Positions 48,975 through 61,799 of a stretch of 64,000 bases of DNA are shown here, in pieces. The notes below the pieces were generated by a model that saw nothing but the letters and a program-made list of their open reading frames with translations, was not told the origin of the DNA and did not search any database. Within the stretch, counting starts at the first letter, position 1. The number at the start of each line of letters is the position of its first letter. The position numbers were made by a program, and so were the translations under genes. The DNA lies in assembly GCA_951406725.2 (NCBI GenBank), contig OX597815.1, positions 41,850,001 through 41,914,000 of the forward strand, written 5' to 3'. This DNA comes from Octopus vulgaris. Taxonomy: Eukaryota.

Positions 48975-50187
48975 TTGGTTGGTTTTTGTAATCAGTGTAA
49001 AAGACTACACAGTTGTGTAGAATTTTTCAATGAAATTGGAAAAGGTAGCCCAAACCGAAAATATCCGGAAAAGTTTGAGTTCCAGTTATGGAACTTCGTG
49101 ATCACTGGCGCATCACATTTGGAAGTGAACATCACATGATTACTTAACCCTTTTGCATTTAAACCGGCCTTATCCGGCCAGAATATTCTGTTTTATCTTC
49201 AAAACTGGCTAGCTCTGGCCTCTCACACTTCCACTACAATATTACTTCAAAAATAAACAATCACATGATTGAAATGTCAAAGTTACAAGGTAATGGAACT
49301 CAAATCAATGTGAATAATTAAGTATTATATTTAACAGAGAAATCTGAATGCTGAAGGGTTAAATGTAGATGACAGAAGGGTAGCAAGGTAGGGGCGAAAA
49401 GGAACAATCGTCTCTGAGCGCAGGTGTTTCCTGTGGCCTACTTTTCCTGGGAGTGTCAAAAGTATCATTGTTACTAGGGTTACTGGCGCCCCGAGCAAGC
49501 TGAACTTCGGCGTGTACAAGCTGACGGTCTTGGAAATTTCCTTGTCTTTGTCACGCTCTCTTTGGCGTCCCCTAACACATGGCGCCCCAGGCGACTACCC
49601 GAGTTGCCGGTACCTTGAGCCAGCCCTGTTGCTACTAACTGTTAAGAACTCTTGCTGTGTCACTGAGTGAGGTTGGTGATGGTTAGAAAAAAATTGGGTA
49701 TAATTTTTCCCTTTGAGGTAACACCCAATTCATTCACGTATATCACGAGATATTATACTTTCATATTTTGCATTTTCTTTCTTTAATTCGTTTTCCTACG
49801 GTGTAATTTCTAACAAATACCATCCTTTACCACGCTTGAATGATTTGATTACAATCGAGTTTTCTTTCATAAATATGTCAGCTGTCTCAGCTATTGTCGT
49901 TGTCAATCCCAAGGTATTTCAAAACCTTTCCTCTTACACCTTCTCAATTTGCCGTTTGTTTATACTTATTTTTTATTTGTTTCAGTCATTAGACTACAAC
50001 CATGACGGGGCACCGCGTTGAAGAAGTTTTAGTCGAATGAATCGAGTGTAGTGGGTACTTTTACGTGACGCCGGCACGGATGCTCTTAACGTGGGGCTTT
50101 TTACGTGTCACCAGTACCTGCTTGCAAGACAAACAAGGACGTCTCGGTTGAGAGGAGAGGAACTTAGAAAAGTGGCCGTGTGTCAGG

Positions 50188-50257
50188 CGAGAGTTTCGAG
50201 TATGATAGAGGGTCAGGGATAGCGAGAGTTTCGAGTATGATAGAGGGTCAGGGATAG
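50188..50257 (+). repeat. Perfect 35-bp tandem duplication
   Basis: gcgagagtttcgagtatgatagagggtcagggata occurs twice in tandem. Confidence 0.9.
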
Positions 50258-50329
50258 CTGTCTTACTACAGAAGAGATACTTGGCTACAATAAGGTAGAG
50301 TTGTTAGGAATGTGGGACACCGCCATAAT

Positions 50330-50935
50330 AATTCTAATTATAGTACAAAACTAGCAATTTGAGTGGGAACAAGTCAATTACATAGACCCTGTAATTGACC
50401 ATGAAATTATCGACCATGAAACGACGTAAAGCAAAGCTGACTTCAGCGGAATTTGAACTCAGAATGTAATGAAGCATTTTCTCCAATGCTCTAATGATTC
50501 TGTCAGCTCACAGCCAAATAGGAATAATTCTTTACAACTTCGGCACAAGACCAGCAACCTTGAGGAGAGTGGGCAAGTCGATTATATCAACCCCGAAAAG
50601 ATGAAAGGCAAAGTCGACCTCAGCAGAATTTTGACACAAGACGTAAAGAACCGGAAGAAATATCGCTAATCATTTTGTCCGATGCGCTAATGATTCTGCC
50701 AGCTCGCTAACTTTTAAAAAATCCTTCTACTATAGGCACAAGGCCTCAAATTTGGGGAGAGGGAGCTAGTCAATTACATCGATCTTAGTGCTTAAGTACT
50801 TATTTCATCGACTACAAAAGGATGAAAGGCAAGGTGGACCTCGGTGGAGTTTGAACTCAGAACGTAAAACTGGAAAAAAAAAGTCGCGAAACATTTTGTC
50901 CGTCGTGCTAACGATTCTGCCAGCTCAATGCCTTG
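50330..50935 (-). mobile_element. Three head-to-tail group B SINE copies
   Basis: Three diverged reverse copies (~50330-50515, 50525-50710, 50722-50935). Confidence 0.8.
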
Positions 50936-51800
50936 ATAATGGTGGTGTGGTAAATATATTCTATAACAAAACACAAGTTTCAATACTTAATTTATTAAAC
51001 TTCAATGGAAAAATAGGACTTTTGCCCAAATTTTATAATCAAAATGGTAAATTAATTCTGAATGGTTACAACTTCCTTTTATAATGAGCATTTCCTTATA
51101 TTTTATTTTGGCAAAGGTTTGTTATAAGAACAAAATTTAAAAAAAGAACCGACTAAAATATTTAAAAAAACAAAAAACAATACTGAATATATCTTACATT
51201 GGCAAAAGTTCACAAATTTACAAGGGAATGAGATACGACCTAGATACAGGATGCAGTATTATCAGTGGTATTTATTTTCTAAATTTCAAACAAAGGTAGA
51301 ACTGAACCCAATAGGACCTGAACTCATAACAAAGACATTGATGGGTTCTGAGCTCAAACGCCACTCTGTCACTTATCAAGTTTGGTAAGTGCCAAGCACG
51401 AAACGCTAAGTTTTTGAGTCACTTATGTAGCTTTACAGCTAATAAATAATATATATATATATATATATATATACATACACATACCCGTTGCTGAAGACCA
51501 ATATTACGCTTGAAGTACCAAGGAATTTGAATCAAACTGTTTGATCCATATATATATATATATATATATATTAGGATGTCAAGGCTAGTGATGGAGTGAC
51601 CACAGACCACCTATAAAATGCTCAGTAGTATAGTGACCTTCAGTTATTTCAGTGTCTCAAGCCGCCTATATTGCTAAGCGCTTTAGAGGTGCGAAACCAA
51701 TGGTCACTATGACCGGCCATAACTTTTGACTTCCTAAACAAATGTTACTGCTCCAACGCTTTAGAGTGTGTTTCTTTTTCGGATATATGAAATACTGACG

Positions 51801-51834
<34 letters not shown>

Positions 51835-52246
51835 CTTGTATGTACAACTAGATCTAGGACTACTACTATATGAGATATCCATGTAGATTTTCATTATCCA
51901 GTGAGCTTCCAGTATAGCGGTTAGTCGACCACTGTCCTTGGTCGTGTTTCTAATTATGGTATACAGAACGTAGGTAGTGGATAATTAAGATAAATATCAC
52001 TATAAATATTTAGTTCCTCGTACGTTTCACCATAGCAGTTCAGATATCTGCTATTCATCACACCAGCGATTATTTATTCTGCATTTTCGTATATGCCGAT
52101 AGTAACTAAGCATGTGGTTGGCTGTGAATACGCGCTATTGAAAATGCCTAAAAAGACAGAAATGCTTCTAGCGTTCTCAATACTCGTTACTGTAGCGATT
52201 TTCGTCTCACACACACACAGGTCCTTATGTATAAGGATAATTGAAG

Positions 52247-53310
52247 CAATTACTAAAATCTCTACAGCTTAACTTGACATCTTGAGAAAGTCATTAAAAT
52301 CGATCTGCAGTTATAAGTTTTACGAAACTGGTGTTGTTTCACTATAAACCTTCGATCGCGTCAAGCATTAAAAAAAAACAACTTTCAGCTAACTTTGTGG
52401 CCTTTATCCATTTCAATATCAAGCGGCTTGATAGCTGTACATGCTGATGGAGCTCTTATCAATACTCAGTCTGTCCACGCTTGTATACCCACAAGGCTCG
52501 GCAATGCCTCCTATACTAATCTTTATACACATTAATGGTTTACATGCGGTTACTTATAACCATTCACACATGCATATGGGTTTAATGTCAATTTATAAAA
52601 AGAATCCGTGGATCGAAATACAATTGATCAAAGTAATAATAACTGTTCGAATCAACAATTAATTCAGTTATTTAGTATAGAAAATAGGTTAAAGAAAAAG
52701 GTTTTATTAAAATATTTTTTACATAAAAAAAAATATCATTGAATGTTTGTGTGTGTATGTGTGGAGAGAGAGAGAGATTTATACATGGTCTGAAAATTAG
52801 CGTAGTTTATATTAATGTTTATGAGAGCTAGTTTAAAATCTGTGATAATCGAATCAATATTTGAATTATATTAATGTCTCTTTATAACCTTTATGGTAAC
52901 TAGTTTAAAATGTGGTAATCGAATCAATATTTGAAAATGATGTAACTGTTTTTATTGGACAAAGAGTGCAACAACTAGTTCAACAAAACTGCAAGATCAA
53001 AAAGCGATATAACCGTACACGAGTGTGTGTATGTGCTTGTGACATTTTTACGGTTACAGTAAACTTAAACATGGTACGTACACACACGTAAACTTAGGCG
53101 TGGTACGTATACACAGAGGATTTCGCAATGAAGGAGTAATATAGAGAAATAGATTAGAAGAGGAGATAGTGAGTAAAAAGAAAAGAGACAATTACGATTG
53201 CCATCGTATCTGGCGTGGAGGTGGTGAGAACGACCTGTGAAAATTTCTTCAACACCAAAAACGAAGTTGCACCACCCAAAACCGGGAAGTGGTAGCGTTT
53301 TTGAGGAAAG
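52247..53310 (+). repeat. Source copy of a 1.06-kb inverted, circularly permuted duplication
   Basis: Near-identical to the reverse complement of 56878-57946 in two blocks of swapped order. Confidence 0.95.
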
Positions 53311-55280
53311 ATGCAAACAAGAAATATACTGTTGATAATTTCTGACTCATAACTCTGCTGAATGCAGGATGTAAGATTTTGGCCAAGGTGCTAGTAACGA
53401 AATTGGCGTTTAGCACCAGTAGAGTAGTGGGGAAAGCATGGGAAGCCCTGTACACAACATTCTCCACTTCATGTAGTGGATTATGTGGATAGGATGGGTA
53501 ACAATCTTATTTCGATGATGCTCTCATCAGTTAGGATCAATCGAGAGCTTTCAACGGTGTCATCCATCATATGTGGAAATAGTTCTCGAAGCATTTTATT
53601 TCCGACTTATTTTAAGAGGCTGGTTTGCTTCAATGTTCAGTGGCATCCGTTTGGTTGCCAATTTGACACCTATTGGAGTTGTTTCGATTCACACATGCCA
53701 TTTGTGTAATTCTTCTGTAAGTAATGACACTTAAGTCAGTTGCGAAAGGCGGAGTTGTTGAAGGGAATTCCGATCAAATCAAGACGTGGCATAAGCGGAC
53801 ACCATCGAAATAGTTTCAGACACCACAGAGATGATTGGTGTCGTTGTAAAGTTGATGCTATGACAGGAGCCGGTTGGCTTGTTGCTCGACACCAGAGGGA
53901 GCAAGTTCATGGCACCAACCAACGTCCGTGAGTTACTGGATTAATAACTTAACTGTTTAGTTGCTTGGGGTTTGATCTAGTCCAGACCTCTACTTGGATA
54001 GAAACAGCGACGAAACAATGAGCAAGGATGGCTAGTCTTACACAGAAATGAGCTGAGATGAAACTATTTCTAGATAGTCGAACAGGGCTAATGGATGCAT
54101 ACATCATCTCCTTAGCCGTATTACCTTGCTCCATTTTTTTATCTGACAAGTTAGGACCATCAGACGGCCCACTTCTTGGAGAAGGTTCGCATTCTACTGA
54201 TCAGACAGTCCATCTACTACCAACATCCTCAGCACAGACGACTCGATAATCTGTTGCCCATGGTGCACAGACATGCACAAAGGCTTATGCATCTACAGAG
54301 ATTTCTGGTCGGTGATGTGGTCGATCTTTGTTGGGCACAATTTCTCACAGCTCAGCTAATCCTGAAATCCTTGATCAAGCGAAAATCAAGACTAGAAGGC
54401 TGACATCTGGAATGTTGTCAAGCATTCACAAACCTCTACTGGTTGGACAACAAGGCTAGTTGAAACAGGAAGAGAAACTTTTTATTTCCCTTCGCCCTCG
54501 AGGAAACTCAAGATGTCTATGAAATCAACTGGTCGCAGAGGACTCTCGGATTAGGAACTATAGATAACTTCCAGAGATCCCTGGGCTAGCAGTAATATCA
54601 GGGTCCTTGTCGGTTCAAGATCAATTTTACAGACACGGAAATGTCATCAGCCGGGCCTGTCATAGATGCGCGTAAAAGAATGAAATCGTTCTGCATTCGT
54701 TTATTTGGTGTTCGAATATTGTTCACCTGTCGAATTTTATCAAACAGCTGCTACCACGCATACTATGGAACCGACAATTAGCCGGCCGAATCCATCTTAA
54801 AGATCGCCCCGCCACCTTTCTGTGACAATGAAGAACAAATAGGTTCTCTCTGTCTAGTGGCCATGATAAGAGTGTGTGTGGTGAACGCAACTGAAAAAAA
54901 GTGAAGACATATTTTCTTTTTCAGCCAAGCGCTCATCGACTTTTCAAGTTTCATGTGGAGAAAGTGAGGCTGGCCTCAAGTAAATTTGCTGAAAAGTGGA
55001 TGAGAGCAGCAAGCGCGGTCTGCGTGAATGGTTGGTCTACTTTCTGCATGCAACTGTCGGTCGAAGATATGAAAGCTTTCAGAAGGCTTTTACCCTAAGC
55101 AATCAAGGTCTTATGTAGATGGCAACCCTTCTAGTGGAACAGTACCATATTTTGTATAATGTATATACCATTACTTTTCATTTCATTCCTTTCTTATATA
55201 CTTCCTTCATCCCACTTTTTGTAAACTATCCTTGTCATGTTCTTTCATCGGTTGCCCTCGTAGCAATGTAAGCAAAGACT
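53285..55280 (+). mobile_element. Decayed Tx1/L1-like LINE with internal deletions
   Basis: Remnant reading VVAFLRKDANKK..DNF*LITLLNAGCKILAKVL; DQS.AF-like motif near 53535; Cys/His-like C-terminal remnant near 54650-54730. Confidence 0.6.
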
Positions 55281-55440
55281 ATTACTAGTATTATCAAAAG
55301 TATATCATCAAGAAAAATAGTTAATCCAGTTTTACCGCTAAAAAAACAAAAAAAACCTCTACAGTATTTACCTAAACTGTAAAGAAAACTGTTTTCTGAG
55401 ACATAGGTGTTTGATTTGCTAATTTAAGACTGGTATTCTT

Positions 55441-55494
55441 CGCCGAGGAAAATAGCATGTAGTCTCTTCGGTCTACATGCTATTTTCCTCGGCG
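55441..55494. repeat. Perfect 22-bp inverted repeat with 10-nt spacer
   Basis: cgccgaggaaaatagcatgtag-tctcttcggt-ctacatgctattttcctcggcg. Confidence 0.95.
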
Positions 55495-56293
55495 TTTATC
55501 TCTCCATATAGGTTTGTGGCTTGTCTACTTTTTCTTGTATATGTCGTCAATATGTTTAATTAAATAGGCTAACATGTATTTATATTATAAATATTTGCAC
55601 AATGCTCGTACATTTAAATATAGTCATTATATATACATAATAGTAATGCGAATCGGGTGGCTATTCTTTCTTTCTTCCGAATAAGCTGCTTGATTATATG
55701 TCAAAATTTTCGGTGCTTTCATTGTTTATTTTTTTTTTTTTATGTCAAAGTTTTTAGTTCTTACATATTTTTTTGTTGTCGTTACCATATTGAAAGTTTA
55801 TTTTTACGCTCGTAACTATCGTACAACGCTCAGTGACAGCAATAAATAGATACATGACATATGTCACTAGTTTAAAGAATTGTATACTTGAGTTGTAAAG
55901 AATGTGAAATTATTTTTTATTATAGGATCTTATTATACATTAAAACTTTCAAGTTTCAGAAATAGATAAAAAGTTAAAGACAGGCGATCTGTAATCGGTA
56001 ACACGTTTACCCGGCAAGTGACAGATACATGTTTCGAATCTCAGCAAGCTTGTTTCTCCTTCATCTCAAGCTGGAACTTATAATGTATATCATATACATA
56101 TGCAAAACATTGATTATTTATTTTAGCATGTAGTTCGAGTTTATAGTCAAGTAATCTCTTCGTGTCAGCAATATTTACGTTCCAGACTTGATTTATTTTC
56201 ACTTGTATGCATCTTACTAATAGCCTTGTGCAAATTTTTTTTCGTTATTATAGCAAGGATATTTATTACAATATGACAATAAGTACTATATAT

Positions 56294-56522
56294 TATTTCT
56301 TTATTGCCCACAAGGGGCTAAGCATAGAGGGGACAAACAAGGACAGACAAAGGGATTAAGTCGATTACATCGACCCCAGTGCGTAACTGGTACTTATTTA
56401 ATCGACCCTGAAAGGATGAAAGGCAAAGTCGACCTCGGCGGAATTTGAACTCAGAACGTAGTGGCAGACGAAATACCACTTAGCATTTCGCCCGGTGTGC
56501 TAACGTTTCTGCCAGCTCGCCA
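56294..56522 (-). mobile_element. SINE group B, tail type 1
   Basis: Full reverse copy; agtactatatat on both sides. Confidence 0.92.
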
Positions 56523-56877
56523 CAAAGGTGGCGAGTACTATATATGTACTCTATATAAGTACTATATATGATGGTGGCTCCCGTCGGTTTCGACGTATGG
56601 GTGCTTGGAGAAGAGGATTTTTTAAAAAGTGGGGAAAAAGAGAGAACAACTTTTAGAAAGAAAAGAACAAAAGATGCTGCATCTATTTGCAATGGATGCG
56701 TGAATGTAATTTGAATCCAGGTATGGATTTTGCTATGAAGTCACAGTGGGGACACAGCTGATTTTGATTTTGCTTGGGATTGGGCAGCAAACATGTCTAT
56801 TGATTGCAGAATATAATTCTTTTATTGTTCTTCTTCAACTCAAATTGTTTTGATGCATCCTGACACATTTTACGCCA

Positions 56878-57946
56878 TGCAGATCGATTTTAATGACTTT
56901 CTCAAGATGTCAAGTTAAGCTGTAGAGATTTTAGTGATTGCTTTCCTCAAAAACGCTACCACTTCCCGGTTTTGGGTGGTGCAGCTTCGTTTTTGGTGTT
57001 GAAGAAATTTTCACAGGTCGTTCTCACCACCTCCACGCCAGTTACGATGGCAATCGTAATTGTCTCTTTTCTTTTTACTCACTATCTCCACTTCTAATCT
57101 ATTTCTCTATATTACTTCTTCATTGCGAAATCCTCTGTGTATACGTACCACGCCTAAGTTTACGTGTGTGTACGTACCATGTTTAAGTTTACTGTAACCG
57201 TAAAAATGTCACAAGCACATACACACACTCGTGTACGGTTATATCGCCTTTTTGATCTTGCAGTTTTGTTGAACTAGTTGTTGCACTCTTTGTCCAATAA
57301 AAACAGTTACATCATTTTCAAATATTGATTCGATTACCACATATTTTAAACTAGTTACCATAAAGGTTATAAAGAGACATTAATATAATTCAAATATTGA
57401 TTCGATTATCACAGATTTTAAACTAGCTCTCATAAACATTAATATAAACTACGCTAATTGTCAGACCATGTATAAATCTCTCTCTCTCTCCACACATACA
57501 CACACAAACATTCAATGATATTTTTTTAATGTAAAAAATATTTTAATAAAACCTTTTTCTTTAACCTATTTTCTATACTAAATAACTGAATTAATTGTTG
57601 ATTCGAACAGTTATTATTACTTTGATCAATTGTATTTCGATCCACGGATTCTTTTTATAAATTGACATTAAACCCATGTATGCATGTGTGAATGGTTATA
57701 AGTAACCGCATGTAAGCCATTAATGTGTATAAAGATTAGTATAGGAGGCATTACCGAGCCTTGTGGGTATACAAGCGTGGACAGACTGAGTATTGGTAAG
57801 AGCTCCATCAGCATGTACAGCTATCAAGCCGCTTGATATTGAAATGGATAAAGGCCACAAAGTTAGCTGAAAGTTGTTTTTTTTAATGCTTGACGCGATC
57901 GAAGGTTTATAGTGAAACAACACCAGTTTCGTAAAACTTATAACTG
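56878..57946 (-). repeat. Derived, inverted and permuted copy of 52247-53310
   Basis: 56878-56940 is the reverse complement of 52247-52309; 56941-57946 is the reverse complement of 52308-53310. Confidence 0.95.
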
Positions 57947-58624
57947 TGTAAAACAGTGTGTCCGTATGGCCCCTGAGGGTCCTTATAACATTTTGTTGTT
58001 AAAACTGATGCAATAAATCGGTTATATTTCTGTAACACAATTCACAATATTTTAACAATTTTTTAAATACAATTCCTTATAGTATTTAATTATAAAGATG
58101 TACTAGGATTTTATAAACATCAAATGGCTGTGAGGGTCCACCGAAGTTAGAAAACACTTCCTTGATTAGGAAGTTAGAGAAGAATTCCTTGATAAGGAAC
58201 GAGACTACTCTGTTGCAATTTAGGAGTTGATGGAACATACACGTGGAGCAATATAAGAAGGTATTAATTTAGTGTGTAGTCTTGCAAGTCTTTCGATGGC
58301 ACTGTAGGCAGTTTTTGTTCATAATAATGCAAGTAAACAACTGGGGGATTGTGGATATAGACTTGGATTGTGCAAGGAATGTGAAGGAGCGTGCCTATAA
58401 GGATAGTTTCGGTCATTTTCTGAGGTGTTTTATCATAGAAGTAGTGATGTTCTCAGGTAATCATGCATGTTGCCTCGATTAGACAGCGATCGATTTTATC
58501 CGATAGGTAAGTGATGGCTGGATTTAAAAGTGAGAAAATTATCAAGTGTATTTCGTGTCTGTCAAGTATCCGCGATTCTAAATTTATTCTCAGACACCAG
58601 GGATATTACTGAAGAAACTTTAAT

Positions 58625-58940
58625 AATGAGTCCTTCTAGTAAAGCCCGAAATTCTGGAGGGGACTAGTCGATTACTCAGGTACTCAACTGATACTTATTT
58701 TATCTGTTTCTTTGTTACCCACAAGGGGGGCTAAACATAGATGGGACAAACAAGGACAGACAAACGGATTAAGTCGATTACATCGACTCCGGTGCTCAAC
58801 TGATACTTATTTTATTGACTCCGAAAGGATGAAAGGCAAAGTCGACCTCGGCGGAATTTGAATTCAGAACATAAAGACGGATGAAATACCGCTAAGGATT
58901 TTGTCCGGCACGCTAACGGTTCTGCCACCTTGCCAGCTTA
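58625..58940 (-). mobile_element. SINE group B, tail type 1, next to a tail type 2 fragment
   Basis: 58705-58935 is a full reverse copy; 58625-58703 is a type 2 tail remnant. Confidence 0.82.
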
Positions 58941-60366
58941 ACATTAATGGGATCAGAAAATATAAGGGAACTCCTAAGTTACAGAACTATTAACCTATCA
59001 ATGAGTCCTAACATAAACGTTAGAATTCTCTCTCCGTGTATGAGCAAGGCGATCTTTCGAATTTTGTACAAGATAGCGAATAAAGTTAAATAAACTACAC
59101 AAAATCAAAGTAAAAAAATAATCATTAATAATCGACAATGATATGTATGTATAGACATTGTTCACTTCGTATACAAATGCCTAGAAAGTTTCCACATCAT
59201 TCCTCAAATGCTATTTATTATTATCCTGTGATTTATACTTCAGTTTACATATACATACATATAATTCATTTTAGACTAAATTATTTTAGAATTATTATCG
59301 AATATTTCTGTACGTTTCAGTTTCCGTACGGTCTTGCTATCTTATATGTACATACTTCGAAAGATCATTTAAAAGCTAGCTTGGAAGACATGCACATTAT
59401 ATAAATAAAAACATGTCGGGAAGACAGAGAGAATGAACTATGGTAAAAAAAAAATGTTTTTAACGGTATAACTGTCAACCATTATGCTTGCTTTACACTA
59501 ACACGTACAGTAAATCTAGAAATAACTGGTTTAAACAAAGATATTATCATAAATTGCGACAAAACGGTGAGATAATAAATAAAAAAGAAGATAAAAAGAC
59601 TAATGTACACACAACACAATCGACATTTGTGACAGTAATTGTTCTGAGGAGAGAAAAGGACGGACTCGTCTAAAAGATTAACAAATGTATGGCAAAACGG
59701 AAGAGATGCGGGGGGAAAAGACGTACAAACTAAGAAAGGCAGGGAGAAAATAAAGACAAAGAACGTTTGTGAACTGGAATATAATATATGCATATTGTAT
59801 AAGTATAGAGATATGTATTCGTATGTGTATGTATATAACTTTTTGTCGTGTCTACATATGGGTTCGAGTCGCACGGGGAGCCGTTGAATTGGAGTTATTT
59901 TCAATCCAATGTTTATTCACATGCTATTTATAGCGTTATGTATGCTTCGACATCTACTGTTCTCTATATGCATCTGATGTGTTCTTTTCTAAGGCGTTCA
60001 AATGATTTGAGGGAGATTCAGCTGTCGTTTCTAGCAGGTTGGGCAACCGGTAAAAGACTCCCTTCACTGACTCATTTTGATATTATTGCCAGTGTTGTTT
60101 CGAAAAAGCAGTGAAACTGCCTTTTGTTTAAATACACAATAACGATTTGTACTTCAATAGAAAAACGGGAAGTGGAAAGGCTTTCAGTTCTAGAGGGAAA
60201 ATCGGTTTAGTTAATTTGTGTCTATTTAACTCCTTTTTTTCTTCAATGTTCTTTCTCCTATTCATACAGTCAGCACCCCTGGGAAATTTTGCAATGTCGC
60301 TATTTTATATTATAAAGTATCCACTGATTAAGTGGATACTTTTTACACAAAACTATCCTCTCAATT

Positions 60367-60511
60367 TTCTATTGTGTCTGGGGAGAGTCATTTTCTTTTT
60401 GTGCCTTATTATAAGGCACAAAAAGAAAATGACTCTCCTCAGACACAATAGAATATACTTCAACACACGAACTCATATAAAGAATCTTGCAAACCAAATC
60501 CAAAAACGAAA
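60367..60511 (+). mobile_element. Centre-deleted copy of the 42370-42646 hairpin family
   Basis: Same arms joined at ccttat-t-ataagg, same one-sided extension; perfect 13-bp TSD tatcctctcaatt at 60354-60366 and 60512-60524. Confidence 0.85.
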
Positions 60512-61039
60512 TATCCTCTCAATTGTTTTATCTTGTAAAGAGATCTAAGGCCAAAAAGTTGAGATCTGACAAAGATCAAACTCACAGTCCACTATATGTC
60601 TCCATTTAACTTTCAATTAATATAATTTCGCAATCCTTTCTTTCGCCTTCCTCAACAAAAATTGTTATTAACGCTAACGACAATGTCTTCTTTGAGCTTA
60701 ATTTCAAATCATGAAAAATGTTTGATTCACTTGGTAAGTTAGTTCACACTTAACCCCTTGCCTGTCCTCCAAAGCATTTTTATAGATCCGATGTCTATAC
60801 TGGTTTTCAAACTTTTGGTTAGTCCCTATTTCATATGTTCAGAGTACTATAAAGCTTTCCATACATAAATCCTGAGTTACTCTGGTGGTTAAAGAATACG
60901 GGAATGTGTATCATGTATGGTGCAAGGACGTCGGGGAAATATATCCTGTGTAACATAAGGGGCTAACTTTCTGTTACTAAGTCTGAGATAGAACGGTGTT
61001 TACAACTTTCTGGTTAGAAGATAGAGTTGGGAGAGGTTA

Positions 61040-61330
61040 ATAGCGTAGAAGGGCCCAAAACAAAGTAGCTCCGAGAACAAACAAAAACAAAATGACATTG
61101 TTAAATGTACGAAGTCGTTGAAATGGAATTGGGTTGGACATGTCATAAAAATGAATGACAATAGTGAATGAAAAGCTGACACACTGGAATCCATTCCAGT
61201 GGAATACAAAAGAAACACACAGTGGAAAAAGGCACACTGGAATCCAAAAGAAACATGATGGCAACGAATAAAATCGGACGATTGGATATCCAACAGTAGA
61301 GAAAGCAACGGTTAATTCCATCGTATACAA
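61040..61330 (+). mobile_element. Old RTE-like LINE C-terminal remnant
   Basis: DIVKCTKSLKWNWVGHVIKMNDN resembles the RTE KW.WAGH motif. Confidence 0.65.
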
Positions 61331-61799
61331 TTAGTTTTCAGTTCAAAACCTTAAAAGTTAACAGGTGTAGGGAGGGGTTTCCAAAAGGGTAAATAAGATA
61401 TAGAGAGTGAACAGAAAGATATCTGGAATATTAGTACAGGCAACAGTTGCTTTGGAGAATTTAGATGCCGGAGGTATACACTCCACAAATTTAAAAGGGT
61501 AAAAGCTATGGTAAATAGCGGCGAAATATATAGAGAAATGACACTTGCAACATTGAGAGAGAGAGGTTACGAATGGTGCAACATTAAAATGAAGTCACTT
61601 TAGGAAATTAAAAATTTACGTTCTTTCCCACCTCTTGCACTAAAGAAAAGAACGTGTAACGGAGGAAGCCAGGGCATTCGTTTGAACAGGACTCTCAATC
61701 ATTTATCTTCGAACCAACAAGGAAATTTCTACGTGATGACACAACCTGCTAGAAAAGTTTTATTTTATTAGTTTTTCTTTTTGTTAGATCTGAGGAGGA

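Noticed and set aside
51630-51712. GAAACC-AAU-GGUC with flanking stems
   Set aside because: Stem III and GUC are present but there is no recognisable CUGANGA core.
56860-57962. Loose inverted similarity of the flanks of the derived duplicate (gacaca..ttttac)
   Set aside because: Short and gapped, so compatible with chance; not treated as TIRs.
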